From positions 7,091-71,090 of the forward strand of contig CANRHX010000004.1 of NCBI GenBank assembly GCA_947630545.1: a stretch of 64,000 nt of DNA, given 5' to 3'. The translations under genes and the position numbers were made by a program. This document shows positions 32,164 through 42,301 of this stretch, one piece after another (within the stretch, counting starts at the first letter, position 1; each line of letters begins with the position of its first letter). This DNA comes from an uncultured Clostridia bacterium (lineage in GTDB: Bacteria > Bacillota > Clostridia > TANB77 > CAG-508). The notes beneath the pieces were generated by a model. The model saw nothing but the letters and a program-made list of their open reading frames with translations. It had not been told where the DNA came from and did no database searches.

Positions 32164-33168
32164 TTATTTAGTATTTTCTATATATCTCCAAGAGTCTTTG
32201 CACATATCGTCTAAAGTTTTTTCAGCATACCATCCTAGTTCTTCTTTGGCCTTTTTTGGATCTGCATAGCAAGTTGCAATGTCTCCTGCTCTTCTTGGTG
32301 CAATTTTGTAATTTACTTTTTTACCTGTTGCCTTTTCAAAAGCTTTTACCATATCTAAAACGCTGTATCCTGTACCAGTTCCTAAGTTATATATAAATAG
32401 TCCATGTCCTTCTTTTTCTAATTTTTCTAAAGCTGATATGTGTCCTTTAGCTAGGTCTACAACATGAATATAGTCTCTAACTCCTGTTCCATCTGGTGTG
32501 TCGTAGTCGTTTCCAAATACAGATAATTGCTCTAATGTTCCATTTGCTACTCTAACAATATATGGCATTAGGTTATTTGGTATACCTTGTGGTTCTTCTC
32601 CAATTAGTCCGCTTTCATGTGCTCCTACTGGATTGAAATATCTTAAAATGCATATATCCCATGTGTTGTCTGCTTTATATGCATCTTTTAATATTTGTTC
32701 AATGAATAATTTTGTAGTTCCATATGGGTTGGTTGTTCCTCCTGTTTTGCAATCTTCTGTTATTGGAATTGTTTCTGGGTCTCCATATACTGTTGCTGAT
32801 GAACTAAATATGAATTTTTTTACATTGTACTTTTTCATTACATCTAATACTACAAGGCATCCTGAAATGTTATTCATGTAGTATTCTATTGGTTTTTTTA
32901 CAGATTCTCCTACTGCTTTGTATCCTGCAAAGTTCATTACTGCTTCTATTTTGTTTTCTTGAAATACTTTTTCTAGTTTTTCTCTGTCTTGGTAATCCAT
33001 TTCATAAAATTTAAAGTCTTTTCCTGTTATTTGTTTTATTTTTTCTAATACTTCTGGTTTACTGTTTGAAAAGTTGTCTATTATTACAACTTCTTTTCCT
33101 TTATTTAATAATTCAATTACTGTGTGGCTTCCAATGTAGCCAGCTCCTCCTGGTACTAATATTGACAT
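32164..33168 (-). CDS. galE: UDP-glucose 4-epimerase
   Basis: [34 protein letters not shown] and [10 protein letters not shown] motifs. Confidence 0.96.
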   Translation of the reverse strand: MSILVPGGAGYIGSHTVIELLNKGKEVVIIDNFSNSKPEVLEKIKQITGKDFKFYEMDYQDREKLEKVFQENKIEAVMNFAGYKAVGESVKKPIEYYMNNISGCLVVLDVMKKYNVKKFIFSSSATVYGDPETIPITEDCKTGGTTNPYGTTKLFIEQILKDAYKADNTWDICILRYFNPVGAHESGLIGEEPQGIPNNLMPYIVRVANGTLEQLSVFGNDYDTPDGTGVRDYIHVVDLAKGHISALEKLEKEGHGLFIYNLGTGTGYSVLDMVKAFEKATGKKVNYKIAPRRAGDIATCYADPKKAKEELGWYAEKTLDDMCKDSWRYIENTK

Positions 33169-33396
33169 ATTTTCATCTCTCCTTTTTGATACTTATTTTA
33201 TCATTTATTTATTATTTTTGCAATAAATATTGATTGTTATTTAATTAGAAATGTTGCATATAGTGGAATATATTTTATATTATTATTTTTAGCAGTTCGA
33301 TTTTATCTTAATTTGAAATTTTTCTATAAAATATTTCTACAATAATATCTTCATATTCTAATAAATTTATAATATATGAGCATATTTGTCAATATA

Positions 33397-33490
33397 TTTT
33401 CACAAAAACACATAGGAGTTTTTTGACATTTTTCACAAAAACATATAGGAGTTTTGCATTATAATTCCCAAAAATGCATATTAGTTTTTT
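33397..33490. repeat. Three direct repeats with 33-bp period (third degenerate) in the galE/ylbJ divergent region
   Basis: ttttcacaaaaacayataggagtttt twice (cores at 33401 and 33434) and ttcccaaaaatgcatattagtttt at 33465. Confidence 0.7.
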
Positions 33491-33563
33491 GCGTTAAATA
33501 TCATTTATTTATAATTTTTGCAATAAATATATTAATAAAAGTTATAAAACAAGGAGGTTAATT

Positions 33564-34623
33564 ATGCAAAAAACAAACATTTATGTACTAAAGCTAAAAA
33601 GAAATCTTATTCCTTTGATATTTTTAATGTTCACTTTTTGTTTATTAATTTTTTCTAAAACAAATCTACCTGCGGTAAAAAATGGTTTAGCCTTATTTGC
33701 TAACAGTGTAATACCATCCCTTCTCCCTTTTTTTATTGCAACAGAAATGCTTATGCATACAAACATTGTAAATCAAATTGGATATATGCTAAATTCAATT
33801 ATGAAGCCTTTGTTTAATGTAAGTCGGTCAAGGTGCTTTTGCTTTTGTTATGGGATTAATTTCTGGATATCCAGTTGGTGCTAAAATTGCTACAAATTTT
33901 AGAAAAAATAATATATGCTCTAAAGAGGAATGTGAAAGACTTTTAAGCTTTACTAATAATTCTGGTCCATTATTTATTATTGGAACTGTTGGTATAAGTA
34001 TGTTTGGTAATTCTACTATTGGTATTTTACTTTTTGTTACACATTTACTGGCTAGTATTTGCGTTGGAATGATTTTTAGATTTTGGAAATATAAGAAAAA
34101 GACTTATTTAACTAATGTTACAACTTCTTTTGATGATAATAAAAATAAAAATGTTAGTATAAATAATTTGGGTGAGGTAATTAGCGAAAGTATAACAAGT
34201 AGCATATCTACAATTTTAATGATTGGTGGTTTTATTGTTGTTTTTTCTGCTGTTATTTCTATTTTAAACGCTAGTGGAATTACTAAAGTTGTAGTGTTGA
34301 TATTATCTCCTTTTTTTAAAATGTTAAATATTGATACATCTTTTATTAATGGCTTGTTTACCGGATTATTTGAAATAACTAATGGTATTAATTTGATTTC
34401 TTCTGTGCATGTAAAAAGTATTTCTATAAATATTGTTTTTACTGCCTTTTTACTTGGATTTGGCGGTATTTCTGTTTTACTTCAAGTTTTAAGTATTATT
34501 TCTAAAACAGATTTATCTGCAAAACCTTACATTATAGGAAAGTTATTGCATGGTTGTTTATCTGCTTTTTATACATACATTTTTATGAATGTTTTCCCTT
34601 TTATTAATTTTGACTTGCATTAG
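33564..34623 (+). CDS. ylbJ: Sporulation integral membrane protein YlbJ, split by a +1 shift at in-frame CGG 33825-33827 (joined about 352 aa)
   Basis: VIPSLLPFFI...MKPLFNVS joins GQGAFAFVMGLISGYPVGAK; NNSGPLFIIG and FEITNG motifs. Confidence 0.88.
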
Positions 34624-34643
34624 TTGTTTTTTTATGTTAGAAT
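34615..34643 (+). promoter_or_regulatory. Sigma-A promoter of ORFan 34700
   Basis: TTGCAT, 17 bp, TAGAAT with TG extension. Confidence 0.55.
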
Positions 34644-34699
34644 ATTATGGTAAGCCAATCAACCAATAAGTTTTTAGTAGCAGAAAGGTGGTTTTTTTA

Positions 34700-35113
34700 A
34701 TGTTAATCTATCGAGATTACGTTAGACTGGAAACTAATTTGTTTCCCACAGACATGATCCGTTGTTCGTTTACCATATGCCCGTGTTGGCGGACAGATGG
34801 ATTCCCGGATTATGTGGAACAGTGGTTGGATGATTTATCCGGCTATATATTTCTGACGGTGTGTGAGTTGTCAGAGTTAAATTGTGACGTAGAAAAGGCT
34901 TATGAGGCTTTTGTAAAAACTATTAGGCCACTTAACGTGACAGGAATGTTAACGGTGAGTTATAGCTTTTATGGATCGTCACGTTATGAAATCGAAGGTG
35001 CAATAAAATCGATGTTCAAAGAGGATTTTCTTAGTACAGGAAGTCTTTCAGAAGTCTCTTTGATTATGGCCAAATTACTTATGGATTATATGGAAAAGCT
35101 TGAGCTTGACTGA
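34700..35113 (+). CDS. GC-richer ORFan with its own promoter and terminator
   Basis: AGAAAGGTGG RBS, ATG 34700, about 137 aa, terminator 35131-35166. Confidence 0.6.
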   Translation: MLIYRDYVRLETNLFPTDMIRCSFTICPCWRTDGFPDYVEQWLDDLSGYIFLTVCELSELNCDVEKAYEAFVKTIRPLNVTGMLTVSYSFYGSSRYEIEGAIKSMFKEDFLSTGSLSEVSLIMAKLLMDYMEKLELD

Positions 35114-35130
35114 ATAACATCTTCGATTTG

Positions 35131-35166
35131 AAAGAGTGCAGGGTGCAAAACATCCTGCGCTTTTTT
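35131..35166 (+). terminator. Rho-independent terminator
   Basis: agtgcagggtg-caaaa-catcctgcgct followed by a T-run. Confidence 0.7.
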
Positions 35167-35246
35167 ATTATTTTATTAAAAATTCATTTACTCGTAATAT
35201 TTTTTATATTATAGAATAATATAGAAATTAGAAAGGATTGATTTTT

Positions 35247-35480
35247 ATGGAAAAAGATTTTAATGGATTCCCACCTTATATGGATTTTTCAACTAATCAA
35301 GGTGTAGATTATAATGATATGTATAAAGATCCTATGTTTAATCCTATAGTTCAATATGAACAAGCGTATGCTTATTATAGATATTTATGTATGCAGATGG
35401 ATTATAAGATTAAATGTAAAGAATATGAAAAAATGTGTGATAATTCAAATTTGAAAAATCCAGAGAAAAAACCTGTTTAA
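35247..35480 (+). CDS. Small Tyr/Met/Asn-rich protein, possibly spore-associated
   Basis: GAAAGGA RBS before ATG 35247; composition only. Confidence 0.55.
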   Translation: MEKDFNGFPPYMDFSTNQGVDYNDMYKDPMFNPIVQYEQAYAYYRYLCMQMDYKIKCKEYEKMCDNSNLKNPEKKPV

Positions 35481-35574
35481 ACTATTTAAACCAATTAATT
35501 CTGTGTGACTTCAATTAATTCTGTTTTACTTAAAAAGAGCGAAGAATAAAAATCTCCGCTCTTTTATATATTTT

Positions 35575-36405
35575 TTACATTCTAGCAAATAATATTGCAA
35601 AAACAATTACTCCAAGAACCACTCTATAAATAGCAAAAATCTTGAAGCTTCCCTTTTGTAAATATTGAAGTAAAAACTTAATTACAAATAATCCAACTAT
35701 AAAACTTGCTAATACTCCTACAATAAAAGGAATTCCAAAAACAAAGTCTTTCATTTTTACAAGTGCTGCTGCTGCCACTACTGGAGTTGATAATAAAAAT
35801 GAAAATTTAGCAATTGCCTCTCTTTTTATTCCCATACCTCTTCCAACAGTCATTGTTATACCTGACCTTGAAACCCCTGGAAATGCTGCTGCAATTGCCT
35901 GTGATATTGCAACCCAAAAAGATTGTTTAAAAGTTATATTTTTGTAATCTGTTTTAGCTTTTGACTTTTTATCTACTATGTATAACACAATTCCCATTAC
36001 AATTAATGCAATTGCAATTAATGCCATTTCAACTGTAATTGCTTCTACATGGAATGCATTTGTTAGCATTTCTATAATTTTTTCTGATATTTTATCAAAT
36101 ATTAAACATGCTATTCCTGTTGGTATGGTAGCAAAAACTATATACAAAAAAATTCTTCCTTCGGTTGTCTTTTTCTTATATTTTACTTGCTCATATCCGC
36201 CTTTAATTAATTTTATCCAATCTTTGTAGAAAAATAAAACAATTGCAAGCAATGTACCAATATGTAAAGCTACATCAAATGATGCACTTATTTCCTCCCA
36301 TCCAAATATCCATGGAAAAAGGTTTAAATGTGCTGAACTTGATATTGGCAAAAGTTCTGTTAACCCTTGTATAATTCCTAAAATTAATGCGTGTATTACT
36401 TTCAT
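35575..36405 (-). CDS. uppP: Undecaprenyl-diphosphate phosphatase
   Basis: GIIQGLTELLPISSSAHL and FPGVSRSGIT motifs. Confidence 0.95.
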   Translation of the reverse strand: MKVIHALILGIIQGLTELLPISSSAHLNLFPWIFGWEEISASFDVALHIGTLLAIVLFFYKDWIKLIKGGYEQVKYKKKTTEGRIFLYIVFATIPTGIACLIFDKISEKIIEMLTNAFHVEAITVEMALIAIALIVMGIVLYIVDKKSKAKTDYKNITFKQSFWVAISQAIAAAFPGVSRSGITMTVGRGMGIKREAIAKFSFLLSTPVVAAAALVKMKDFVFGIPFIVGVLASFIVGLFVIKFLLQYLQKGSFKIFAIYRVVLGVIVFAILFARM

Positions 36406-36432
36406 TTTTATAGTAGATAATTAGCTTTTTAG

Positions 36433-37311
36433 CTAATTATCGTCTCCTTCCCTTAAAATATTATATATTGTGTTTTTAATATATTTTGCTGATGTAACTG
36501 GTGCTACTTTACCTGGTAATGCCAAAGCCCATATAAATTTTAAGCCTTGTCTTTTGCAATAGTCTTCATCTATACCTCCTGGCTTTGATGCTAAATCTAA
36601 AAGTAAACAATCTTTTTTTACATATTTAAGTTTTTCTTCATCAAGAATTAAATGAGGCACTGTATTTACTATTATGTCATAATTTTGTAAATTTGCTCCT
36701 AATTCATTTATGTTTGTATTATTATAACCTAAAGTCTCCATCCATGCAAAGTCTTTTTCTTTTCTTGCTGCACATGTTACGTTTGCATCTAATCCAACAA
36801 ATTTCTTTGCTAAAACTTTGGCAACTCTTCCAAATCCTAAAATTAAAACATTGCTTCCTTGTATGTTTTTGCTTGTGTTTAAAATAGCTTCGCTTATTGC
36901 ACCTTCTGCTGTAGCAATGGTATTTAATATTGTTAAATCTTCTTCATTCATTAAATCTATTGTTTTAACATTTTTATTACTTATTAACTGTGTAAAATGC
37001 TCTGGTATACTTCCTGCAAGAAATGTCTTGTTTCCTACATAATTAGCTAAATATTCTATACTTATAATGTTTTTACTAAATGGCGCATATACTTCTTTAC
37101 CATTTTTTGAAAATGGTATCGAGCTAAGTATATAATCAGCATTTTTTATTGCTTCTTCTGAACTTTTGCATGGAATTAAATTATCTGATTTTTTTATTTC
37201 TTCTGCCTTTTCCAGCCCATAAATATATACATTGTTTTTGTCATTTGCAAGCATATTTGCTAAGTTTACTAATCGTAAATCTCCACCAATTATAGCAAAA
37301 CCTTTATTCAT
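36433..37311 (-). CDS. spoVFA: Dipicolinate synthase subunit A
   Basis: IIGGDLR, NTIATAEGAI, LGFGRV, DLASKPGGID and LPGKVAP motifs. Confidence 0.9.
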   Translation of the reverse strand: MNKGFAIIGGDLRLVNLANMLANDKNNVYIYGLEKAEEIKKSDNLIPCKSSEEAIKNADYILSSIPFSKNGKEVYAPFSKNIISIEYLANYVGNKTFLAGSIPEHFTQLISNKNVKTIDLMNEEDLTILNTIATAEGAISEAILNTSKNIQGSNVLILGFGRVAKVLAKKFVGLDANVTCAARKEKDFAWMETLGYNNTNINELGANLQNYDIIVNTVPHLILDEEKLKYVKKDCLLLDLASKPGGIDEDYCKRQGLKFIWALALPGKVAPVTSAKYIKNTIYNILREGDDN

Positions 37312-37392
37312 AAAATCCCTCTTTCTTTATATAAACTCTTCTTTTATATTATATAAAAAAATTGGAAAATTATGTGTGTGTAGTTTCGGTTT

Positions 37393-37457
37393 TGTGTCAA
37401 TGGTTCCGGGTTTGAATGACACAAAATGTGTCATTCAAACCCGGAACCATTGACACA
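37393..37457. repeat. Palindromic repeat family, inverted doublet
   Basis: tgtgtcaatggttccgggtttgaatgacaca-aaa-tgtgtcattcaaacccggaaccattgacaca. Confidence 0.96.
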
Positions 37458-37461
37458 CTTT

Positions 37462-38703
37462 TTAATCTTGAATTTCTTTTATGTTTTCTTTTTCAATTTC
37501 GTCATATTCAATGTTCTTTGTATCATTTGACTTTTTATTTTTGTTAAACATTTTTATGTCATTATAACCTATGTGTCTTGTTATTTCTGACATTTCTTCT
37601 AAATGCTCTTTAGCTTTCATTTCTTTAGGTGTTAATTTACTTTCTTTTTCATCTTTTTCGTCTAAATTGAATGGAATTGATAATTTTGCAAGTATTGGTA
37701 TAAATATAGCATCCTTCTTTATTTTTTGTGATATTTTCTTTGGGCTCAATTCAATTGCTATATTTGCATATTGTATTGCTCTTTCCTTTTCACCTTTTAT
37801 AAGACATATTTTTGAAAGCTCATAATAACAGTCTGGTGCTAATTCTTCATCATCTAATGATTCCATGAAGTTTCTTTCAGCTTCTTCTAGTTCTTTGTAA
37901 ATAAGTGCTATCTCTGCTAAAGAATAATTACAATTATGCATTAATGTGTTAATTTGAGCTGCTTTTTCATAGAACTCTTTGGCACTTTGAAAATCGTTTA
38001 ACATTGTATAAACTATTCCTAAGCTATAATTTAGGTCAAAATCAAAGCCATTATATTTTAGTGCTTCATGATATACATTTGCAGCTTCTTTGTACATTTC
38101 TTGTTCTATTAATAAATCCCCAAGTAATATACTGGCTTCCTTATAGTCAGGTTTTTTGCTTAATAAATTTGATAGCATTTGACTTGCCTCGTTCTTTTTG
38201 TCTAGATTATTTAGAAGATTTGCAACTTTAAAATATGAATCATAATCTTTTTTATTTATGTCAATAGCTTGTACATATTCATCAATTGCTTTTCTCATTC
38301 CACCTTCACTCTCATAAATTTGTGCTAATAGTTTATGCCCTTTGTATGATTCTGGATTTTTTCCTAACAAATTGATTAATACTTGTTTTGCTTTTCTATT
38401 GTTTCCTGAATTAAAATAAAATGTTGCCTTAAATATATTTATGTATTCTGACACACTTAGTTTATTTTTTTCTAGTATTATTACAAATATTGGTATTATT
38501 ATAGAAAATAGATACATTACTATATATAGTATTATGTTTAATTTGATTGTAAATAAAACTTCCATAAAGTTTAATGCTATGCCTATTGCTTGCAATACCA
38601 AGAATGTAATATATGTTGTGTCATTGTTTTTTATCATTTTATAAAAAATAAATATAAATAATGCAAATGATATTACTGTAAATATTAATTGTTGTACTAA
38701 CAT
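37462..38703 (-). CDS. Membrane-anchored TPR-repeat protein
   Basis: Three N-terminal TM segments, then repeated TPR-like helices (AIDEYVQAIDIN, AKEFYEKAAQIN). Confidence 0.8.
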   Translation of the reverse strand: MLVQQLIFTVISFALFIFIFYKMIKNNDTTYITFLVLQAIGIALNFMEVLFTIKLNIILYIVMYLFSIIIPIFVIILEKNKLSVSEYINIFKATFYFNSGNNRKAKQVLINLLGKNPESYKGHKLLAQIYESEGGMRKAIDEYVQAIDINKKDYDSYFKVANLLNNLDKKNEASQMLSNLLSKKPDYKEASILLGDLLIEQEMYKEAANVYHEALKYNGFDFDLNYSLGIVYTMLNDFQSAKEFYEKAAQINTLMHNCNYSLAEIALIYKELEEAERNFMESLDDEELAPDCYYELSKICLIKGEKERAIQYANIAIELSPKKISQKIKKDAIFIPILAKLSIPFNLDEKDEKESKLTPKEMKAKEHLEEMSEITRHIGYNDIKMFNKNKKSNDTKNIEYDEIEKENIKEIQD

Positions 38704-38815
38704 CTATATTCTCCTTCTAATTTTTACAGTACTATTTTATTTCAAAAATCGAATTTTGTCCATACTTTTAAAAAATAAAGTCTAAATATGTATTATTTAG
38801 ACTTTATAATAAATA

Positions 38816-39520
38816 TTAATATTCGTATATATCATTTTCCCAATCTCTATTGTATGGTGGTCTTACCGGCCTGTAAGGTGGTCTTGGTGGTCTTCCTGGT
38901 GGCGGAAATGGAGGTCTATTTCCTGGTCGATTTGGTCTTCCTAATAATTCTCTAATTAGTAATATTCTAATAATATCACTTAAATTTCTATTGAACTGTC
39001 TTGTTTCTCTTGGTTCTTCTTCTGAATTTCTATTCTCAATTTTATTTTCAGTTTGTTCATATTTTGGATCTCTTTTGGGTTCTTCTATTATTCTTTTTCC
39101 ATTAAACATCCTTGGTACTTGTGTTTGAGATGTTGATTTTGCCTTTGTATTATCATTATTTATATGATTTACGTTTTCTATGCTGTTGTTTAAATTGATA
39201 TTAAGAATAATTTGATCATTTCCTTCTAGGTTTGAATATATTTCATCTACTAAATTGTCTAATTTTTCTTTAGTAATTGTTTCTGGTATATCTTGGCATG
39301 CTTTTTGTACCATGGGATATACAATCTTATAAATTTCAGGATAACATTCTTCAAGTTCTGAATTTTTATTTTCATTAAATTCATTTTTAATGTCGTAATT
39401 GTATGAATTTGCTAGATTGCAGGTATTGCAATTGTAGTCTTGAAAATAGTCTGGCTGACTATTATAGTTTGGATATCCTAAAATGCTTCTTATGTAGTCT
39501 TCGTATGGATTGCTATACAT
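38816..39520 (-). CDS. Probable spore-coat-type protein (Tyr/Asn-rich N-terminus, Pro/Arg-rich C-terminus)
   Basis: YPEIYKIVYPMV, LSDIIRILLIRELL and RPPFPPPGRPPRPPYRP; GGAGG RBS. Confidence 0.6.
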   Translation of the reverse strand: MYSNPYEDYIRSILGYPNYNSQPDYFQDYNCNTCNLANSYNYDIKNEFNENKNSELEECYPEIYKIVYPMVQKACQDIPETITKEKLDNLVDEIYSNLEGNDQIILNINLNNSIENVNHINNDNTKAKSTSQTQVPRMFNGKRIIEEPKRDPKYEQTENKIENRNSEEEPRETRQFNRNLSDIIRILLIRELLGRPNRPGNRPPFPPPGRPPRPPYRPVRPPYNRDWENDIYEY

Positions 39521-39569
39521 AATTTAACCTCCTTGCATTTTTTGTATATTATGCAAGGAGTCCTTAAAA

Positions 39570-39676
39570 TGTGTCAACGGTTCCAGGTTTTGTGTCAATG
39601 GTTCCGGGTTTGAATGACACATTTTGTGTCATTCAAACCCGGAACCATTGACACAAAAACCCGGAACCGGAACCAC
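39570..39676. repeat. Palindromic repeat family, inverted doublet with partial outer units
   Basis: Near reverse complement of the 42193-42298 cluster. Confidence 0.95.
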
Positions 39677-39680
39677 AAAA

Positions 39681-41076
39681 TTATATTTTATTTACTAATT
39701 CTTTGAATTGATTTCCTCTATCTGCAAAATTTTTAAACATATCGAAGCTTGCACTAGCTGGTGAGAATAAAACTACATCTCCTGCTTTGGCTTGTTTTTT
39801 TGCAATATCAATAGTTTCTTGTAAATTATTACACATGTAAATAGGTAATTGCTTACCTTGTACCTCTAGTTCTTCTTTTACTGCATCAAAAATTTTTCCA
39901 GAAGTTTGCCCCATTAAAATTAAGCATTTTACTTTTTCTACAATAGGCTTTGCAATTGGTGTGTAGTCTAAGTTTTTGTCATATCCACCTGCTATAAGTA
40001 CAATATCTTCATCATAAGAATATAACCCAGCATTTGTTCTAGTTGGAGAGGAACTTACTGAATCGTTGTACCATTTTACTCCATCTATTTCTCTAACTAG
40101 TTCTAACCTATGTTCTACACTTTCAAATTCTTTTATAGCTTCTACTGCTATATCTGAATCAACTAAAGTGGCAGTTGCAGCAAGAGCAGTGGCTATATTT
40201 TCAAAATTATGTGCACCTCTTAATTTTACTTCTTTAGTGTCTAAAATGTATTTTCTAACTCCATCTTTACATTCTTTTATAATTTTATTATCAACTATAT
40301 AACCGTTTTCTAATCTCTCTTTACTACTAAAAAATATTACTTTTCCATTTGCCTCTTTGCTACAATTTCTTGTTATTTCATTATCATAATTTAATACAAG
40401 TATTCCATCATCATTTTGATATTTAAATATGTTTTTCTTTGATTCTATATATTCTTGATAATCTTTATGAATATTTAAGTGATTTGGCGTAATATTTGTA
40501 ATTACTGAAATATTTGGGCTTATTTTCATTTCCATTAATTGGAAACTACTTAATTCTAATACAACGATGTCATCTTCTTTCATTTCTGGCAATTTTGTGA
40601 ATAATGGCGTTCCTATATTTCCACCTAACCAAGTATTATACCCTGCTTTTTTTAATATTGAATTTATTAAACTTGTTGTAGTTGTTTTTCCATCACTTCC
40701 TGTAACTCCTATAATTTTTGCAGGACACATTTCTATTAACATTTCTATTTCTGTTGTAACTATGGCTCCTCTTTGCGCTTCCAATTCTAATTGTGGTACT
40801 GTAGGTAAGCAACTTGGCGAACGAAATATTAAATTGAATCCTTTTAACTTATTTAAATAATTTTCTCCGAAGTGAAAATTCAAAAGCATATTGAGTAATT
40901 TTGTCCATTACTTCTTTACTTATTTCATCTATTTTTCTTTGATCAAATACTGTAACAATTGCTTTTTGCTCATGTAAATAGTCTAGTAATGGCAAGTTAC
41001 TTACTCCCAAACCGATTACAGCCACTTTTCTGTATTTTATGTAATTGTTAAATTCTTCTAATTTTTTATTTTGCAT
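39681..41076 (-). CDS. murD: UDP-MurNAc-L-Ala--D-Glu ligase, split by a +1 shift at in-frame CGG 40869-40867 (joined about 464 aa)
   Basis: 5' ORF has KVAVIGLGVSN; 3' ORF has GENYL...FRSP, GSDGKTTT, GGNIG, LELSSFQL, HRLE and SPASASFDMF. Confidence 0.92.
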
Positions 41077-41181
41077 GATATTTTAACTCTCCTTTTGCTT
41101 TATTTTATGTTTCGTTTTTTCTTTTGTTATTGTATTATATATCATTTCTTTTGAAATTACAATTTATTTTTTTATTTTCAA

Positions 41182-41211
41182 GTATATTTTGTGCAAGTTT
41201 TGTGCAAAATA
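41182..41211 (+). promoter_or_regulatory. Putative SigG/SigF-type forespore promoter
   Basis: GTATA, 18 bp, CAAAATA upstream of the poly-Asn gene. Confidence 0.45.
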
Positions 41212-41255
41212 TTAATGCGTAAAAAAGCAAGTCAAAAATTATGGAGGTGTTTTTT

Positions 41256-41369
41256 ATGTCAGAAAAAAATAATAATAAAAATAAGAATAACAATAACAAT
41301 AACAATAATAATAATAACAACAATAATAACAATAATAATGAAAGACAAAATAATAACAACTGCAAATAG
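41256..41369 (+). CDS. 37-aa poly-asparagine small protein (not in the ORF track)
   Basis: GGAGGTG RBS at 41243-41249; MSEKNNNKNK(N)18ERQNNNNCK*; terminator 41380-41419. Confidence 0.65.
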   Translation: MSEKNNNKNKNNNNNNNNNNNNNNNNNNERQNNNNCK

Positions 41370-41379
41370 TAATTAACAT

Positions 41380-41419
41380 TTAAAAGCCTCTTATTTATAT
41401 CTTTTAAGAGGCTTTTTTT
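41380..41419. terminator. Bidirectional terminator between the poly-Asn gene and gatD
   Basis: aaaagcctctta-loop-taagaggcttttttt. Confidence 0.75.
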
Positions 41420-41421
41420 AT

Positions 41422-42171
41422 CTATTTTTTATTATATAAAAATCTTTCAAATAATTGCAATCTACATTTATTTTCTAATTCGTCATTAAGTGGATCTAAT
41501 ATAACTTCTTCATTATATTTTCTTTTTAAGCAATATCTTATAATATAATCTGTAAGTTCTGGATTTTTTGATAAAAGTGGTCCATGTAAATAAGTTGCAA
41601 TTACATTTTCTTCCATAAATCCTTCGAATTCGTCTCCAAATTTATTTCCATTTCCATATAATACTTTACCAAAAGGCGTTTCTATTCCATATGTTTGACC
41701 GCCATGATTTTCAAATCCAATTATTTTTGTTTTTGAATTTCCAAAAGATGATTCTATTATTATATTTCCTATGCATCTTTGATTTCTATCTGGGTTTGCT
41801 TCAGTATAATAATCAAAAACTTCTAAACCTGGAATTATATTTCCTTCTACTCCTTTGTAGTATTTACCAAATAATTGATAGGCTCCACAAATTAACAAGA
41901 AATATACTCCTGCATCTTTGGCTTGCTTTATTTCGTCTTTATATTTTATTAAATCTTCAGCCAAAATTTGTTGTTCGTTATCTGCTCCTCCACCTGCAAA
42001 TATAATGTCATAACTTCTGAAATTTGGTTTTGGATCATTTATGGAATAGCTATCTACTGTTGCTTTATAGCCTCTTTGCTCTATTCTGTATTTTAGTATT
42101 TTTATGTTTCCTATATCTCCGTATAAGTCTAGTATGTCTGGATATAAATATAATATTTTTAGTTCTTTCAT
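41422..42171 (-). CDS. gatD: Lipid II isoglutaminyl synthase, glutaminase subunit
   Basis: LYGDIGN, ICGAYQLFG, GFENHGG and YLHGPLLSKN motifs. Confidence 0.92.
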   Translation of the reverse strand: MKELKILYLYPDILDLYGDIGNIKILKYRIEQRGYKATVDSYSINDPKPNFRSYDIIFAGGGADNEQQILAEDLIKYKDEIKQAKDAGVYFLLICGAYQLFGKYYKGVEGNIIPGLEVFDYYTEANPDRNQRCIGNIIIESSFGNSKTKIIGFENHGGQTYGIETPFGKVLYGNGNKFGDEFEGFMEENVIATYLHGPLLSKNPELTDYIIRYCLKRKYNEEVILDPLNDELENKCRLQLFERFLYNKK

Positions 42172-42192
42172 GGCTTGCTCCTTTAAAATTTT

Positions 42193-42298
42193 TGTGTTAG
42201 TGTTCCGGGTTTTGTGTCAATGGTTCCGGGTTTGAATGACACAAAATGTGTCATTCAAACCCGGAACCATTGACACAAAACCCGGAACCGTTGACACA
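42193..42298. repeat. Palindromic repeat family, inverted doublet with partial outer units, between murT and gatD
   Basis: Core identical to 37393-37457. Confidence 0.95.
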
Positions 42299-42301
42299 AA
42301 A

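Noticed and set aside
39681..41076. murD, ylbJ and spoIIP as ordinary pseudogenes
   Set aside because: Each has one lesion in the same T-CGG context and otherwise intact motifs; kept as recoding candidates, though a systematic sequencing error cannot be excluded without reads
41135..41376. Poly-Leu ORF (41135-41365, minus) and poly-Ile/Thr ORF (41191-41376, plus)
   Set aside because: These are alternative frames of the AAY tract; only the poly-Asn frame has an RBS and third-position variation
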